Shown: positions 21,558-30,271 of the stretch, one piece after another
How the letters are laid out: each line of letters begins with the position of its first letter
Position numbering within the stretch: the stretch's first letter is position 1
Source: Candidatus Limosilactobacillus merdigallinarum
Lineage (GTDB): Bacteria; Bacillota; Bacilli; Lactobacillales; Lactobacillaceae
Direction: 5' to 3'
DNA: 64,000 bases
Assembly: GCA_019114515.1 (NCBI GenBank)
Contig: DXFH01000011.1
Coordinates: 73,631 to 137,630, forward strand
The notes under the pieces: generated by a model
Told to the model about the DNA's origin: nothing
Database searches by the model: none
Seen by the model: the letters and a program-made list of their open reading frames with translations, nothing else
Program-made: the position numbers and the translations under genes

Positions 21558-22880
21558 GTGGCAGATAGAACAACATTAACGAATGACATGATTAAGCACT
21601 ACCACGATAATTTTGTTTCACGTGGAACGGCTAAGGTGATTGAACGGGCTGTCCGGAAAAATGGTATTAAGAAAACAAGTGAAGATCCTGAAGTAAGTCA
21701 GCGCCTGCACCGGGTATTTTCGGATGAAATTAAAACGGGCAATGTCACCAATCAAAAGCACAGTGGCCGCTGTTGGTCATTTGCAACATTGAATACTTTA
21801 CGGCATTCATTTGCCAGCAAGTATCACGTAAAGGATTTTGAATTGTCACAAAATTACCTGTTTTTCTGGGATCGGATTGAACGGGCTAACCACTTCTTCG
21901 ATGACATTATTGCAACTGCAGATCAGCCGTTAGACAGTCGTTTAGTGGACTTCTACCTGCGTTTTGCAGAAAATGATGGCGGTCAGTGGGCAAATGCCGC
22001 TTCCATCATTGAAAAATACGGGGTGGTTCCGCACTACGTAATGCCGGACACCTTTAACACCGAAGACACTACGGATGTTGCTGAAGTCATGACTTACATG
22101 ATGAAGAAGGACGCTTTAATCTTACGGAAATTGGTTAACGATCATGCTAATGAAAGCGACCTGCAGGCGACCCGTGACAAATTAATGAGCGATGTTTACC
22201 GCGTGGCTGCCTATGCCTTTGGCGAACCACCGGTTAAATTTGATTTGGAATACCGGGATGATGATCACAAATATCATCGTGATGCAGATATGACACCTCT
22301 TGATTTCTATCATAAATACTTTGATATTAACTTGCGTGACTATGTGGTGGTTACTAATGCCCCTGATCATGAAATGAACCAAAATTATGCTATGCCATGG
22401 CAAGATAACGTGAATGGCGGTATCCCGATCCAATTTGCTAATGTGGACTTTGATCAGCTTGAAAAAGCAGCATTAGCACAATTGAAGGCGGGTGAAACCA
22501 TCTGGGTTGGCAATGATATCCTCCAGCAGATGGATCGCAAACGTGGCTTAATGGACGCTCACCTTTTCCGTGAAGAAGCACTGCTGGGTGTGGACTTTAC
22601 AATGGATAAAGCAGAACGTTTGGCTACTCACCAAGGTGAATGCACCCATGCAATGACTTTGACCGGCGTTAACTTAGTTAATGGTCAGCCAAATCGGTGG
22701 AAGATTGAAAACTCCTGGGGTGACAAGAACGGCGATAAGGGCTACTTTGTCATGAGCGAAGATTGGTTCCGTGAATACACCTATGAAGCAGTGATTAACC
22801 GGCGCTACCTGCCAGAAGCAGTTAAGAAGGTTGCCGATCAGAAGCCGGTTGAACTGAAAGCTTGGGATTCTTTACAGTAA
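21558..22880 (+). CDS. pepC: Aminopeptidase C (bleomycin-hydrolase-like cysteine peptidase)
   Basis: 440-aa ORF with the active-site context NQKHSGRCWSFATLN and HAMTLTGV. GTG start. Confidence 0.93.
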   Translation: MADRTTLTNDMIKHYHDNFVSRGTAKVIERAVRKNGIKKTSEDPEVSQRLHRVFSDEIKTGNVTNQKHSGRCWSFATLNTLRHSFASKYHVKDFELSQNYLFFWDRIERANHFFDDIIATADQPLDSRLVDFYLRFAENDGGQWANAASIIEKYGVVPHYVMPDTFNTEDTTDVAEVMTYMMKKDALILRKLVNDHANESDLQATRDKLMSDVYRVAAYAFGEPPVKFDLEYRDDDHKYHRDADMTPLDFYHKYFDINLRDYVVVTNAPDHEMNQNYAMPWQDNVNGGIPIQFANVDFDQLEKAALAQLKAGETIWVGNDILQQMDRKRGLMDAHLFREEALLGVDFTMDKAERLATHQGECTHAMTLTGVNLVNGQPNRWKIENSWGDKNGDKGYFVMSEDWFREYTYEAVINRRYLPEAVKKVADQKPVELKAWDSLQ

Positions 22881-22941
22881 TTAAGACCAGCATTGAATGT
22901 GCTTGCTGGAATGTTTACAAACTGCAATTGATAATTTGTGG

Positions 22942-22970
22942 TTGACGAACAATTAACCAAGGTATATATT
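22942..22970 (+). promoter_or_regulatory. Sigma-A-type promoter of the ABC importer leader
   Basis: TTGACG (22942-22947), a 17-nt spacer, then TATATT (22965-22970). Confidence 0.6.
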
Positions 22971-23002
22971 TAACACAATCATTTATGCGAGGAGAAAAAA
23001 CT

Positions 23003-23047
23003 ATGACACAACAAATGCAAAACTTAAGAGGTTGGCAAAGCCGGTAG
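23003..23047 (+). CDS. Candidate 14-codon leader peptide (MTQQMQNLRGWQSR)
   Basis: ATG 23003 is preceded by GAGGAG at good spacing. TAG at 23045-23047 sits 2 nt before a perfect 8-bp hairpin. I cannot support it by conservation. Confidence 0.3.
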   Translation: MTQQMQNLRGWQSR

Positions 23048-23119
23048 AAGGTTGTACTCGCAACAGGTACAACCTGAAGATTCAGATTGTATCTGTGCCG
23101 GCCAATTTGTTGTGCAAAA

Positions 23120-23152
23120 GCCTGCACGGATCCACGTGCGGGCTTCTTTTTT
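23120..23152 (+). terminator. Leader terminator 1
   Basis: GCCTGCACG-GATCCA-CGTGCGGGC followed by TTCTTTTTT. Confidence 0.7.
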
Positions 23153-23158
23153 GAAAAA

Positions 23159-23193
23159 GCGGGAGCCCATGTAACGTGGACTCCCGTTTTTTT
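23159..23193 (+). terminator. Leader terminator 2
   Basis: CGGGAGCC...GGACTCCCG followed by TTTTTTT. It ends 18 nt before the substrate-binding protein start. Confidence 0.65.
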
Positions 23194-23211
23194 GAAAGGT
23201 GGTAATGGATT

Positions 23212-24201
23212 TTGAAACGTATGTACACACTCATCGCACTTCTCTGCGTCTTCTTAGGGTTTGCCTACTTTAAAGAGGGACAGGGATCGTTAAATAAAAG
23301 TAAACCACGAATTGGGGTGTTAACCCTGATGCACCATCCAGCCCTGGACCAAATCTACCGCGGTTATGTCCATGAATTAGCTAAGGAAGGCTACCATGAT
23401 GGTAAGAACATTACTATTGAATACGAAAATGCTAATGGTGACCAAAGTAATTTGAAGACGATGGCGTCGAAACTAGTTAATGACCGTTCGACCGTCTTGT
23501 TCGGTATTACCACTCCTGCAGCTCAAGCATTAGCGAACGCTGACAGTCATACACCATTGATCTTAGGTGCAGTTACCGATCCTAAAGGGGCGCGATTGGT
23601 TAAAGATAATCGGCACCCGGGTGGCAATATTACTGGTGTTTCTGATCAGGCGCCTGTTGCCGAGCAATTGCATTTGATCCAAGAATTCATGCCGCATCTA
23701 CACACACTGGGGGTTATTTATACCTCAAGTGATAGTTCAGCGGTTGCCGGTTACCACCAAATCAAGCAGCAGTGTAAACAAAAGGGGATCAAGCTAAAGG
23801 CTTATTCTATCGCCAATAGTAACGATTTAAACCAGGTTTCACAGCAGATGCTAAGTCAGGTCGATGCCGTGATTGTACCGACAGATAACACCATTGCTGG
23901 TGCCATGCAGACATTAATCAAGAATGCGAATGCTGCTCAAAAGCCGGTTTTTCCAGCATCCGATACGATGGTTAAGCAGGGCGGCGTGGCCACCTACAGT
24001 GTTAACCAGTACCAATTAGGTGTACGCAGTGCCAAGATGACGGTAGCGGTATTGAAGGGTAAAAAACCAGCTAATATGGCCATCGAATACGTTCGTCATG
24101 GTGAACCGGTATTGAACCTTAAGCAGGCGCAAAAATTACACCTGCAAGTACCAAAGCATTTCCAACAAGAAGCCGAAAAGGAAGGGGAGGTCTTCAAATG
24201 A
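23212..24201 (+). CDS. ABC transporter substrate-binding lipoprotein-like protein (ABC_sub_bind-type, substrate unknown)
   Basis: 329-aa ORF with an N-terminal hydrophobic signal and IGVLTLMHHPALDQIYRGYVHEL, typical of the uncharacterised-substrate SBP family. TTG start after AAGGTGG. Confidence 0.85.
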   Translation: MKRMYTLIALLCVFLGFAYFKEGQGSLNKSKPRIGVLTLMHHPALDQIYRGYVHELAKEGYHDGKNITIEYENANGDQSNLKTMASKLVNDRSTVLFGITTPAAQALANADSHTPLILGAVTDPKGARLVKDNRHPGGNITGVSDQAPVAEQLHLIQEFMPHLHTLGVIYTSSDSSAVAGYHQIKQQCKQKGIKLKAYSIANSNDLNQVSQQMLSQVDAVIVPTDNTIAGAMQTLIKNANAAQKPVFPASDTMVKQGGVATYSVNQYQLGVRSAKMTVAVLKGKKPANMAIEYVRHGEPVLNLKQAQKLHLQVPKHFQQEAEKEGEVFK

Positions 24202-25097
24202 ATTTAATCGTTTCCGCAATTGGTCAGGGTCTGTTATGGGCTTTATTGGGCCTCGCCTTATATTTAACTTTTAGAATTCTTGATTTCTGTGATATGACCG
24301 TTGAAGGCACTTTCCCGCTGGGGGCAGCTACTGCCGTTACTGCTATCAGTCATGGAATGAATCCGTATCTTGCGACCTTAATGGCTGTTATAACAGGGAT
24401 GGCTGCTGGTTTAGTTACTGGTCTCTTATACACGAAGGGCAAGATTCCTAGCCTATTAGCCGGGATTTTAACAATGACAGCGGCTTATTCGGTAAACCTC
24501 CGTATCATGGGCAAGTCCAACATTTCTTTACTTGGTCAACAAACTATCTTTAGCTCCCAATTCTTAAAGTCACTGCCCCAATACTTTGATAGTGTCTTTG
24601 TGGGGTTGATTGCAGTGGTCATCATTACTTTGCTACTGGTCTTTTTCTTAGATACTGATTATGGTCAAGCTTTTATCGTTACCGGCGATAATTTAACGAT
24701 GGCCCGATCTTTGGGAATAAAAACGGACACGATGATCATTGTGGGTTTGATGATTTCTAACGGAATGGTTGGTTTATGTGGCGCATTGATTGCCCAGAAC
24801 AACGGCTATGCAGACATTAACATGGGGATCGGCACAATTGTCATTGCGCTGGCATCCATCATTATTGGTGAAGTGGCATTTGGTGAATTAACACTGTCGC
24901 AACGGCTAATGGCTGTCAGTTTAGGGAGCATCATTTACCGCTTAATCCTGCTGGCAGTCTTGCAACTAGGATTCTCCGCCAACGACTTAAACTTGATTTC
25001 CTCAATCGTGCTGGCTCTAGCAATGATGGTGCCGCGACTGGACAGCTTGCTAAATGTTGCCCATCCGATCTTAAAGGGGGGTATAACTCATGACTAA
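24198..25097 (+). CDS. ABC transporter permease
   Basis: 299-aa polytopic membrane ORF. It overlaps the SBP stop by 4 nt. Confidence 0.88.
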   Translation: MNLIVSAIGQGLLWALLGLALYLTFRILDFCDMTVEGTFPLGAATAVTAISHGMNPYLATLMAVITGMAAGLVTGLLYTKGKIPSLLAGILTMTAAYSVNLRIMGKSNISLLGQQTIFSSQFLKSLPQYFDSVFVGLIAVVIITLLLVFFLDTDYGQAFIVTGDNLTMARSLGIKTDTMIIVGLMISNGMVGLCGALIAQNNGYADINMGIGTIVIALASIIIGEVAFGELTLSQRLMAVSLGSIIYRLILLAVLQLGFSANDLNLISSIVLALAMMVPRLDSLLNVAHPILKGGITHD

Positions 25098-25851
25098 ACC
25101 CATCTTAGAATTAAAGAACATTCAAACCATTGTCAACCGCCATACCAGCAACGAAACGAAGATTCTGCGCGGAATTAACCTAACTATTAATACGGGTGAC
25201 TTTATCACCGTGGTCGGGACAAACGGTGCCGGCAAATCCACATTGTTTAACGTCATTGCGGGTAATCTTCCGGCAGATGAAGGGCAGATCCTGCATAATG
25301 GAAAGGATATTACTCATGCAAGTGAAGAAGAACGAACTAAGTTTTTAGCGCGCGTTTTTCAAGATCCTAAATTAGGAACTGCTCCCCGAATGACGGTTGC
25401 AGAAAACATGCTTTTGGCAACCAAGCGTGGTGAGCACCGTCCGCTATTGCCACGTAAATTAAAGACGCAGATCCCCCAGTTTACGAAACTGGCTGCTACG
25501 ATGAATAATGGCTTGGAAAATCGGATGAATACGGCAACGGGTGCCCTGTCTGGCGGCCAGCGGCAGGCACTAAGCTTCCTCATGACCACCATCAAACGGC
25601 CAGACCTCTTATTACTGGATGAACATACAGCGGCTTTGGATCCACACACTAGTCGTAACCTGTTGCAGGCAACTGATCAACGCATTAAGGAAGATCATTT
25701 GACCGCATTGATGATTACCCACCATTTGGAAGATGCGCTGAAGTACGGTAACCGTCTGATTGCTTTAAAGGACGGGCAAATCATCGCCGACGTAAGTGGT
25801 CAAGAAAAAGATGCCTTGACGGTGCAGGATCTTTATCGTTATTTTGAATAA
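25090..25851 (+). CDS. ABC transporter ATP-binding protein
   Basis: Walker A GTNGAGKSTLFN, signature LSGGQRQALS and Walker B LLLLDEHTAALD. It overlaps the permease gene. Confidence 0.93.
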   Translation: MTKPILELKNIQTIVNRHTSNETKILRGINLTINTGDFITVVGTNGAGKSTLFNVIAGNLPADEGQILHNGKDITHASEEERTKFLARVFQDPKLGTAPRMTVAENMLLATKRGEHRPLLPRKLKTQIPQFTKLAATMNNGLENRMNTATGALSGGQRQALSFLMTTIKRPDLLLLDEHTAALDPHTSRNLLQATDQRIKEDHLTALMITHHLEDALKYGNRLIALKDGQIIADVSGQEKDALTVQDLYRYFE

Positions 25852-25884
25852 TATCTATTGCATACAAAAACAAAAATGGAGCTG

Positions 25885-25989
25885 TGACTTAAGTTTATTA
25901 CATAGATCACAAGTCAACAGCGCGGTACACAAATGGCCTCAAGTGTTCGGATTTTTTGAACACTTGAGGCCTATTTGTGCTTGCGGGGG
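25885..25989 (+). repeat. Copy 1 of a ~105-nt repeat containing a 14-bp bidirectional terminator hairpin
   Basis: Hairpin GGCCTCAAGTGTTC / GAACACTTGAGGCC at 25935-25971. The core 25921-25986 matches the reverse complement of 30168-30233 at 60 of 66 positions by my hand alignment. Confidence 0.8.
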
Positions 25990-26014
25990 CGTGACTATTT
26001 TCTTGATCGTTTTA

Positions 26015-27439
26015 TTACAGGTTAGGATCCATTTTGAAAGTCAGCTTAGATAATTCACAGCCTTCGGTCAGCAGCTTGAAGATCAATTCACGGGTCTTCT
26101 GGTTGCAGTGCTCGGCAATTTCGTGGTTAGCCTGAGTCAGTAAGTCAACAATGTCGTCACCGGATTTTTGGGTAACTTGGATGTCGACATCATGAATCTT
26201 ACGCCGCGTCCATGAATCCAATTCTTTTTGGTAATCTTCATCTTCTTCAATGAAGTCTTGGTAGTGGCCTTCGACAACTTCGGCCAGTGCTTGGTAGAGC
26301 CAGAATGCGTGATCCAGGTCCATCTTAGCAGGAACTTCATTGTAGGACTGGTCAGTATCATTAGCGTTGGCAAAGAATGGTACATATGGGGAGAAACTTG
26401 GTACCCCGAATTCAATCCATTGAACTGCTTGACTGCCAGTGTCATGTGGACGAACTTGCAGAATGTGCGACTGCGCAGTCCGTGAAAGAGAGATCGCACG
26501 GTAACGACGCTTGTCATCTTCACTGCCTTCACCTAGTGGGTCATACTTAGTTTCATTGTAGTGTGAACGCAGTACATATTCGATATCTTCCAAAGACAGT
26601 TTGCGTTCAGCTTTACGGATGAATGGCATGTCTTGTGATTCGGGCGTCTGTCCGGCACTAGCAATTGGGCTAAAGTAACGCTGAGCAAACCAAACACGAG
26701 GTGTGTTATAGTGGTGGTCTTTCTTAGTGTTAGTACCAAAGATGTGACGGAAGTTCCACTGGTCTTTGTCTGGATTCAGATCATGAGCAGTGACGAAATC
26801 CCGAATTCCTTCTGACCACATGTAATTATCAGGGTCGTTGAAGTCAATCTTTTCAATTGCAATTTGGTTGGCGGCAACGGCATAACAATCATCAGGAATC
26901 CGTACCGCTACCCACTGGTGACCGGTAGCGATTTCCATGTACCAGATTTCGTTTTGGTCAACGAACTGGACACCATTGCCTTCCGCAGAACCATAGGTAG
27001 CCACTAATTGGCCTAAGTACTGAACCCCTTCTTTAGCAGAATGGATGTATGGCAGAACCAAAGTGGTCATTGAATCTTCGGCCAGACCATTCTTAACAAA
27101 TGGGTCATAAGCTAATACACGTGAGTTAGCGTAAACACTTTCGGTAGCACTTTCACCAACATTAGCGGAATTAAAACCATCTTCTTCATTAGGACCAATG
27201 GTTTGGTCAACGTGTGGGGTGGAAGTGTAACGCATCCCCTTTTCTGGCAGTGGAACTGTCAGATGGTTATATGGTGAAACGTAGGTTTCGTGACGTCCGG
27301 AAACTGCTGGCTGAACAATGAAGCGCTTAGGTTCAATTGCCTTGACCCGGTCTTCGTTACGAGAAATATAATTTGATCCGTCAATAGAGGCCTTTTTGCC
27401 GACCATGATGGAAGTACAAGCAGAATTTCTGAAAGTCAT
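26015..27439 (-). CDS. pepD: Dipeptidase, peptidase family C69 (PepD/PepDA type)
   Basis: 474-aa ORF starting MTFRNSACTSIMVGKKASIDGS, the N-terminal nucleophile Cys context typical of C69 dipeptidases. Confidence 0.9.
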   Translation of the reverse strand: MTFRNSACTSIMVGKKASIDGSNYISRNEDRVKAIEPKRFIVQPAVSGRHETYVSPYNHLTVPLPEKGMRYTSTPHVDQTIGPNEEDGFNSANVGESATESVYANSRVLAYDPFVKNGLAEDSMTTLVLPYIHSAKEGVQYLGQLVATYGSAEGNGVQFVDQNEIWYMEIATGHQWVAVRIPDDCYAVAANQIAIEKIDFNDPDNYMWSEGIRDFVTAHDLNPDKDQWNFRHIFGTNTKKDHHYNTPRVWFAQRYFSPIASAGQTPESQDMPFIRKAERKLSLEDIEYVLRSHYNETKYDPLGEGSEDDKRRYRAISLSRTAQSHILQVRPHDTGSQAVQWIEFGVPSFSPYVPFFANANDTDQSYNEVPAKMDLDHAFWLYQALAEVVEGHYQDFIEEDEDYQKELDSWTRRKIHDVDIQVTQKSGDDIVDLLTQANHEIAEHCNQKTRELIFKLLTEGCELSKLTFKMDPNL

Positions 27440-27602
27440 ATTAACAACTCCTTCAATAATTGGGTAGCAGCTGACATTTACAACCTCTATTGTACAACAA
27501 TTGCTTGTTATAATAGCAAAAGCGACACAAATGCAATAATGTTGGCATTCTTAGGCAATTTTAACGGTAGAATAGTAAGAACGAAAAAAGGAAGCAGTTC
27601 AA

Positions 27603-28880
27603 ATGGCAGACAAGAAATTAGTAGTCGTCTCACTGGACGCAATGGGATTTGATGATATGAATGAGTGGATTGACCAAGCGCCACACTTGAAGGCGCTGCG
27701 TAATCGCGGCAGCTGGGTCAAGCATGTGCAGGGGATTTTTCCGACATTAACATATCCTTCGCACACCTCCATTATTACTGGACAATATCCAGCAATTCAT
27801 GGGATTGTTAATAATACTAAATTGCAACCGAATCGCTTGTCACCAGACTGGTATTGGTATCGTAAAGATGTCAAAGCAACACCGCTATTTGACGTTGCCC
27901 ATGATCATGGCATGACGACGGCTGCTTTTTATGGCCGGTAACTGCAAGCAGCAAGATTGATTACAACCTTGCGGAAATCTTTCCCAACCGAATTTGGACT
28001 GGTTTCTCTAAAGGCAAGTTCACCATGGCTCTTACTGAAAATGAATCACCGTTACGGGCACTTGCGTCACGGGATCAAACAGCCATGGCTGGATGACTTT
28101 ATTACAGCCTGTGCGGTGGACACGTTAAAGAACGAGCAACCAGACCTAACACTGATTCATTTGGTCGACATGGACAGCATGCGTCATCGTTATGGGGTTC
28201 GGTCGAAGCAAGCACAGGAGGCATGGCGGGGTCACGATAGTCGAGTGGCTAAATTAATCCAGGCTACTAAAGATGCCGGTACCTTTGAGCAGACTAACTT
28301 CGTCTTCTTAGGTGACCACTACCAAAAAAATGTGGACCATATGATTCACTTGAACATGCTGTTTGCTAAAGCTGGCTGGTTAAGTCCGATTGCAGAGAAG
28401 ACTACTTACCGTAATAATTGGCAGGTGACCGCCAAAACCTGTGATGGTGAAACCTATGTCTACACGAGAGACCACATTGACTTAGGTCATTTAAAGGCCA
28501 TGATTGCTGGAGTCAAGGGTGTTCAACACATTTACGATGGTGCGGATGCAGTTAAATTAGGTGCCGATCCTAAGTGTACATTCTTATTCGAAGCACAGCC
28601 GGGTTACTACTTTACCGATGAAGTTAACCGGCCAGCCGTGGTCGAAAAGGTTGATCCCGCTTCTTTAAGTACGCATGATCGTTATCATGGGGTACATGGC
28701 TACGGACCAACGCAGCCTGACTATTACACGACGGCAATGTTCTATGGCCCTGACATTAAAGAAGGCGGGCAGGTTGATTCAGCGCACTTAGTGGACGAAG
28801 GCCCTACCTTTGCTCGGCTATTGAACCTGCATTATCCGCAACCAACTGCTGGTGAAGTAATTGAAGATGTATTGAAATGA
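27603..28880 (+). pseudogene. Nucleotide pyrophosphatase/phosphodiesterase (alkaline-phosphatase superfamily), disrupted by two compensating frameshifts
   Basis: ORFs 27603-27941 and 27957-28880 are in the same frame. The segment from about 27932 to 28040 only reads sensibly in another frame (WPVTASSKIDYNLAEIFPNRIWTGFSKGKFTMALTE). The shifts lie at or near T-run 27926-27930 and probably A-run 28038-28041. Confidence 0.8.
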
Positions 28881-30123
28881 GGTCAAACGTTAAGTTCAGT
28901 AAACAACAATGGTCTTGGATTTTTTATGATTGGGCAAACTCTGGCTATGGGATTCTAGTAGTCACTGCTGTTTTACCGGTCTACTTTAAAACCGTTGCCA
29001 AAATGGCTGGCGTATCTGCAGCCGATTCAACGGCATACTGGGGTTATGCCAACAGTGTAGGCACCCTGATTGTGTCCTTATTAGCACCACTATTAGGAAC
29101 ATTAGCCGATTATCCGCATATGAAACGGCGCTGGCTCAATTGCTTTACCTGGACCGGCATCATATTAACGTTCGTTTTAGCCTTAGTACCGGCATTGTGG
29201 TGGCCGTGCCTATTAATTCTGTATGTCCTAACGAATATCGGTTTTTCCGGTGGTAACCTCTTTTATGACAGTTTCTTGACCGACGTGGCAACTAATGATG
29301 AAATGGATCGGGTATCCACCACTGGTTACTCCATGGGGTATATTGGCGGTGTATTAGCGTTTATGATCTTCCTGGTGGCAGAGCTTACGCACGGTTTCGG
29401 CGGAGTGTTGAGTTCCATAGGGATCGCTAAATTTAGCTTTGTTTTGTCATCGATTTGGTAGATCATATTCGGTTTACCACTGATGCTGCATGGGTAGCAG
29501 CGCTATAGCGTTTCAGCGACGCTGCGTCCGTTGCGGGATGGCTTTATTCGGTTAGGCAAAACCATTCAACACGTCGCCAAGTATCGACGCATCACGTGGT
29601 TCTTAGTTGCCTACTTCTTTTATATTGATGGGGTGGACACCATCTTTACAATGGCCACTTCTATTGGTAAAGATATGGGGATCAATACGACGAGCTTGAT
29701 GCTGGTGTTATTAGTTGTGCAACTGATTGCGGTACCATTTTACTGCTTTATGGCTGGTTGGCTGGTAAGATTAGTACCCGTCGTGCCTTACTGGTAGGGA
29801 TTATCATTTATCTGTTTATTTGCTTATATGCTTTCAAATTAAAGACCCAGTTTGATTTTTGGCTGTTGGCAATATTAATTGGCACGAGTCAAGGTGGTAT
29901 TCAAGCTTTAAGCCGGTCATATTTTGGCCGTTTAATTCCCAAAGATAACAGTAACGAATTTTTTGGCTTCTACAATATTTTAGGTAAGTTTTCGGCAATG
30001 ATCGGACCAGTCTTAGTCGGGGTGGTAACCCAGTTCACGGGCAAGTCAACGCTCGGTGCGGGATCACTTAGTATCCTGTTCGCCATTGGTTTGATTCTTT
30101 TCTGGCGAGTGTCGAAAGAATAG
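28877..30123 (+). pseudogene. UMF1/Atg22-type MFS transporter with two in-frame TAG stops and an 8-bp tandem duplication
   Basis: TAG at 29459-29461 and 29495-29497 are in frame with ORF 28877. TGGCTGGT is duplicated at 29751-29758 and 29759-29766, which moves the frame to that of ORF 29758-30123. Removing one copy restores FYCFMAGKISTRRALLVG. Confidence 0.85.
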
Positions 30124-30164
30124 GGAGCGAGACAGAAGTCGTTACGACTGTGTGCGTCTTCGAA

Positions 30165-30270
30165 CCTCCGCGAGCACAAATAGGCCTCAAGCGTTCGAAA
30201 AATCCGAATGCTTGAGGCCATTTTTGTACCGCGTTGTCAAATTTTGATCTATGCAGGATACCTTATGTCA
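30165..30270 (-). repeat. Copy 2 (inverted) of the ~105-nt terminator-containing repeat
   Basis: The reverse complement aligns with 25885-25989. One stem pair covaries between copies (T-A versus C-G). It ends 1 nt before the aldo/keto reductase stop. Confidence 0.8.
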
Positions 30271-30271
30271 A

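Noticed and set aside
21613-21628. A 16-nt string TTGTTTCACGTGGAAC inside pepC, identical to the palindrome-like element after thrS (31409-31424).
   Set aside because: It lies in frame within coding sequence (NFVSRGT). A chance 16-mer match or two is expected for a 64-kb window searched on both strands.
25885-30270. The inverted repeats might be the ends of an IS element or composite transposon.
   Set aside because: There is no transposase or integrase between or beside them, and I could find no target-site duplication. Each repeat is itself a terminator hairpin sitting between convergent genes.
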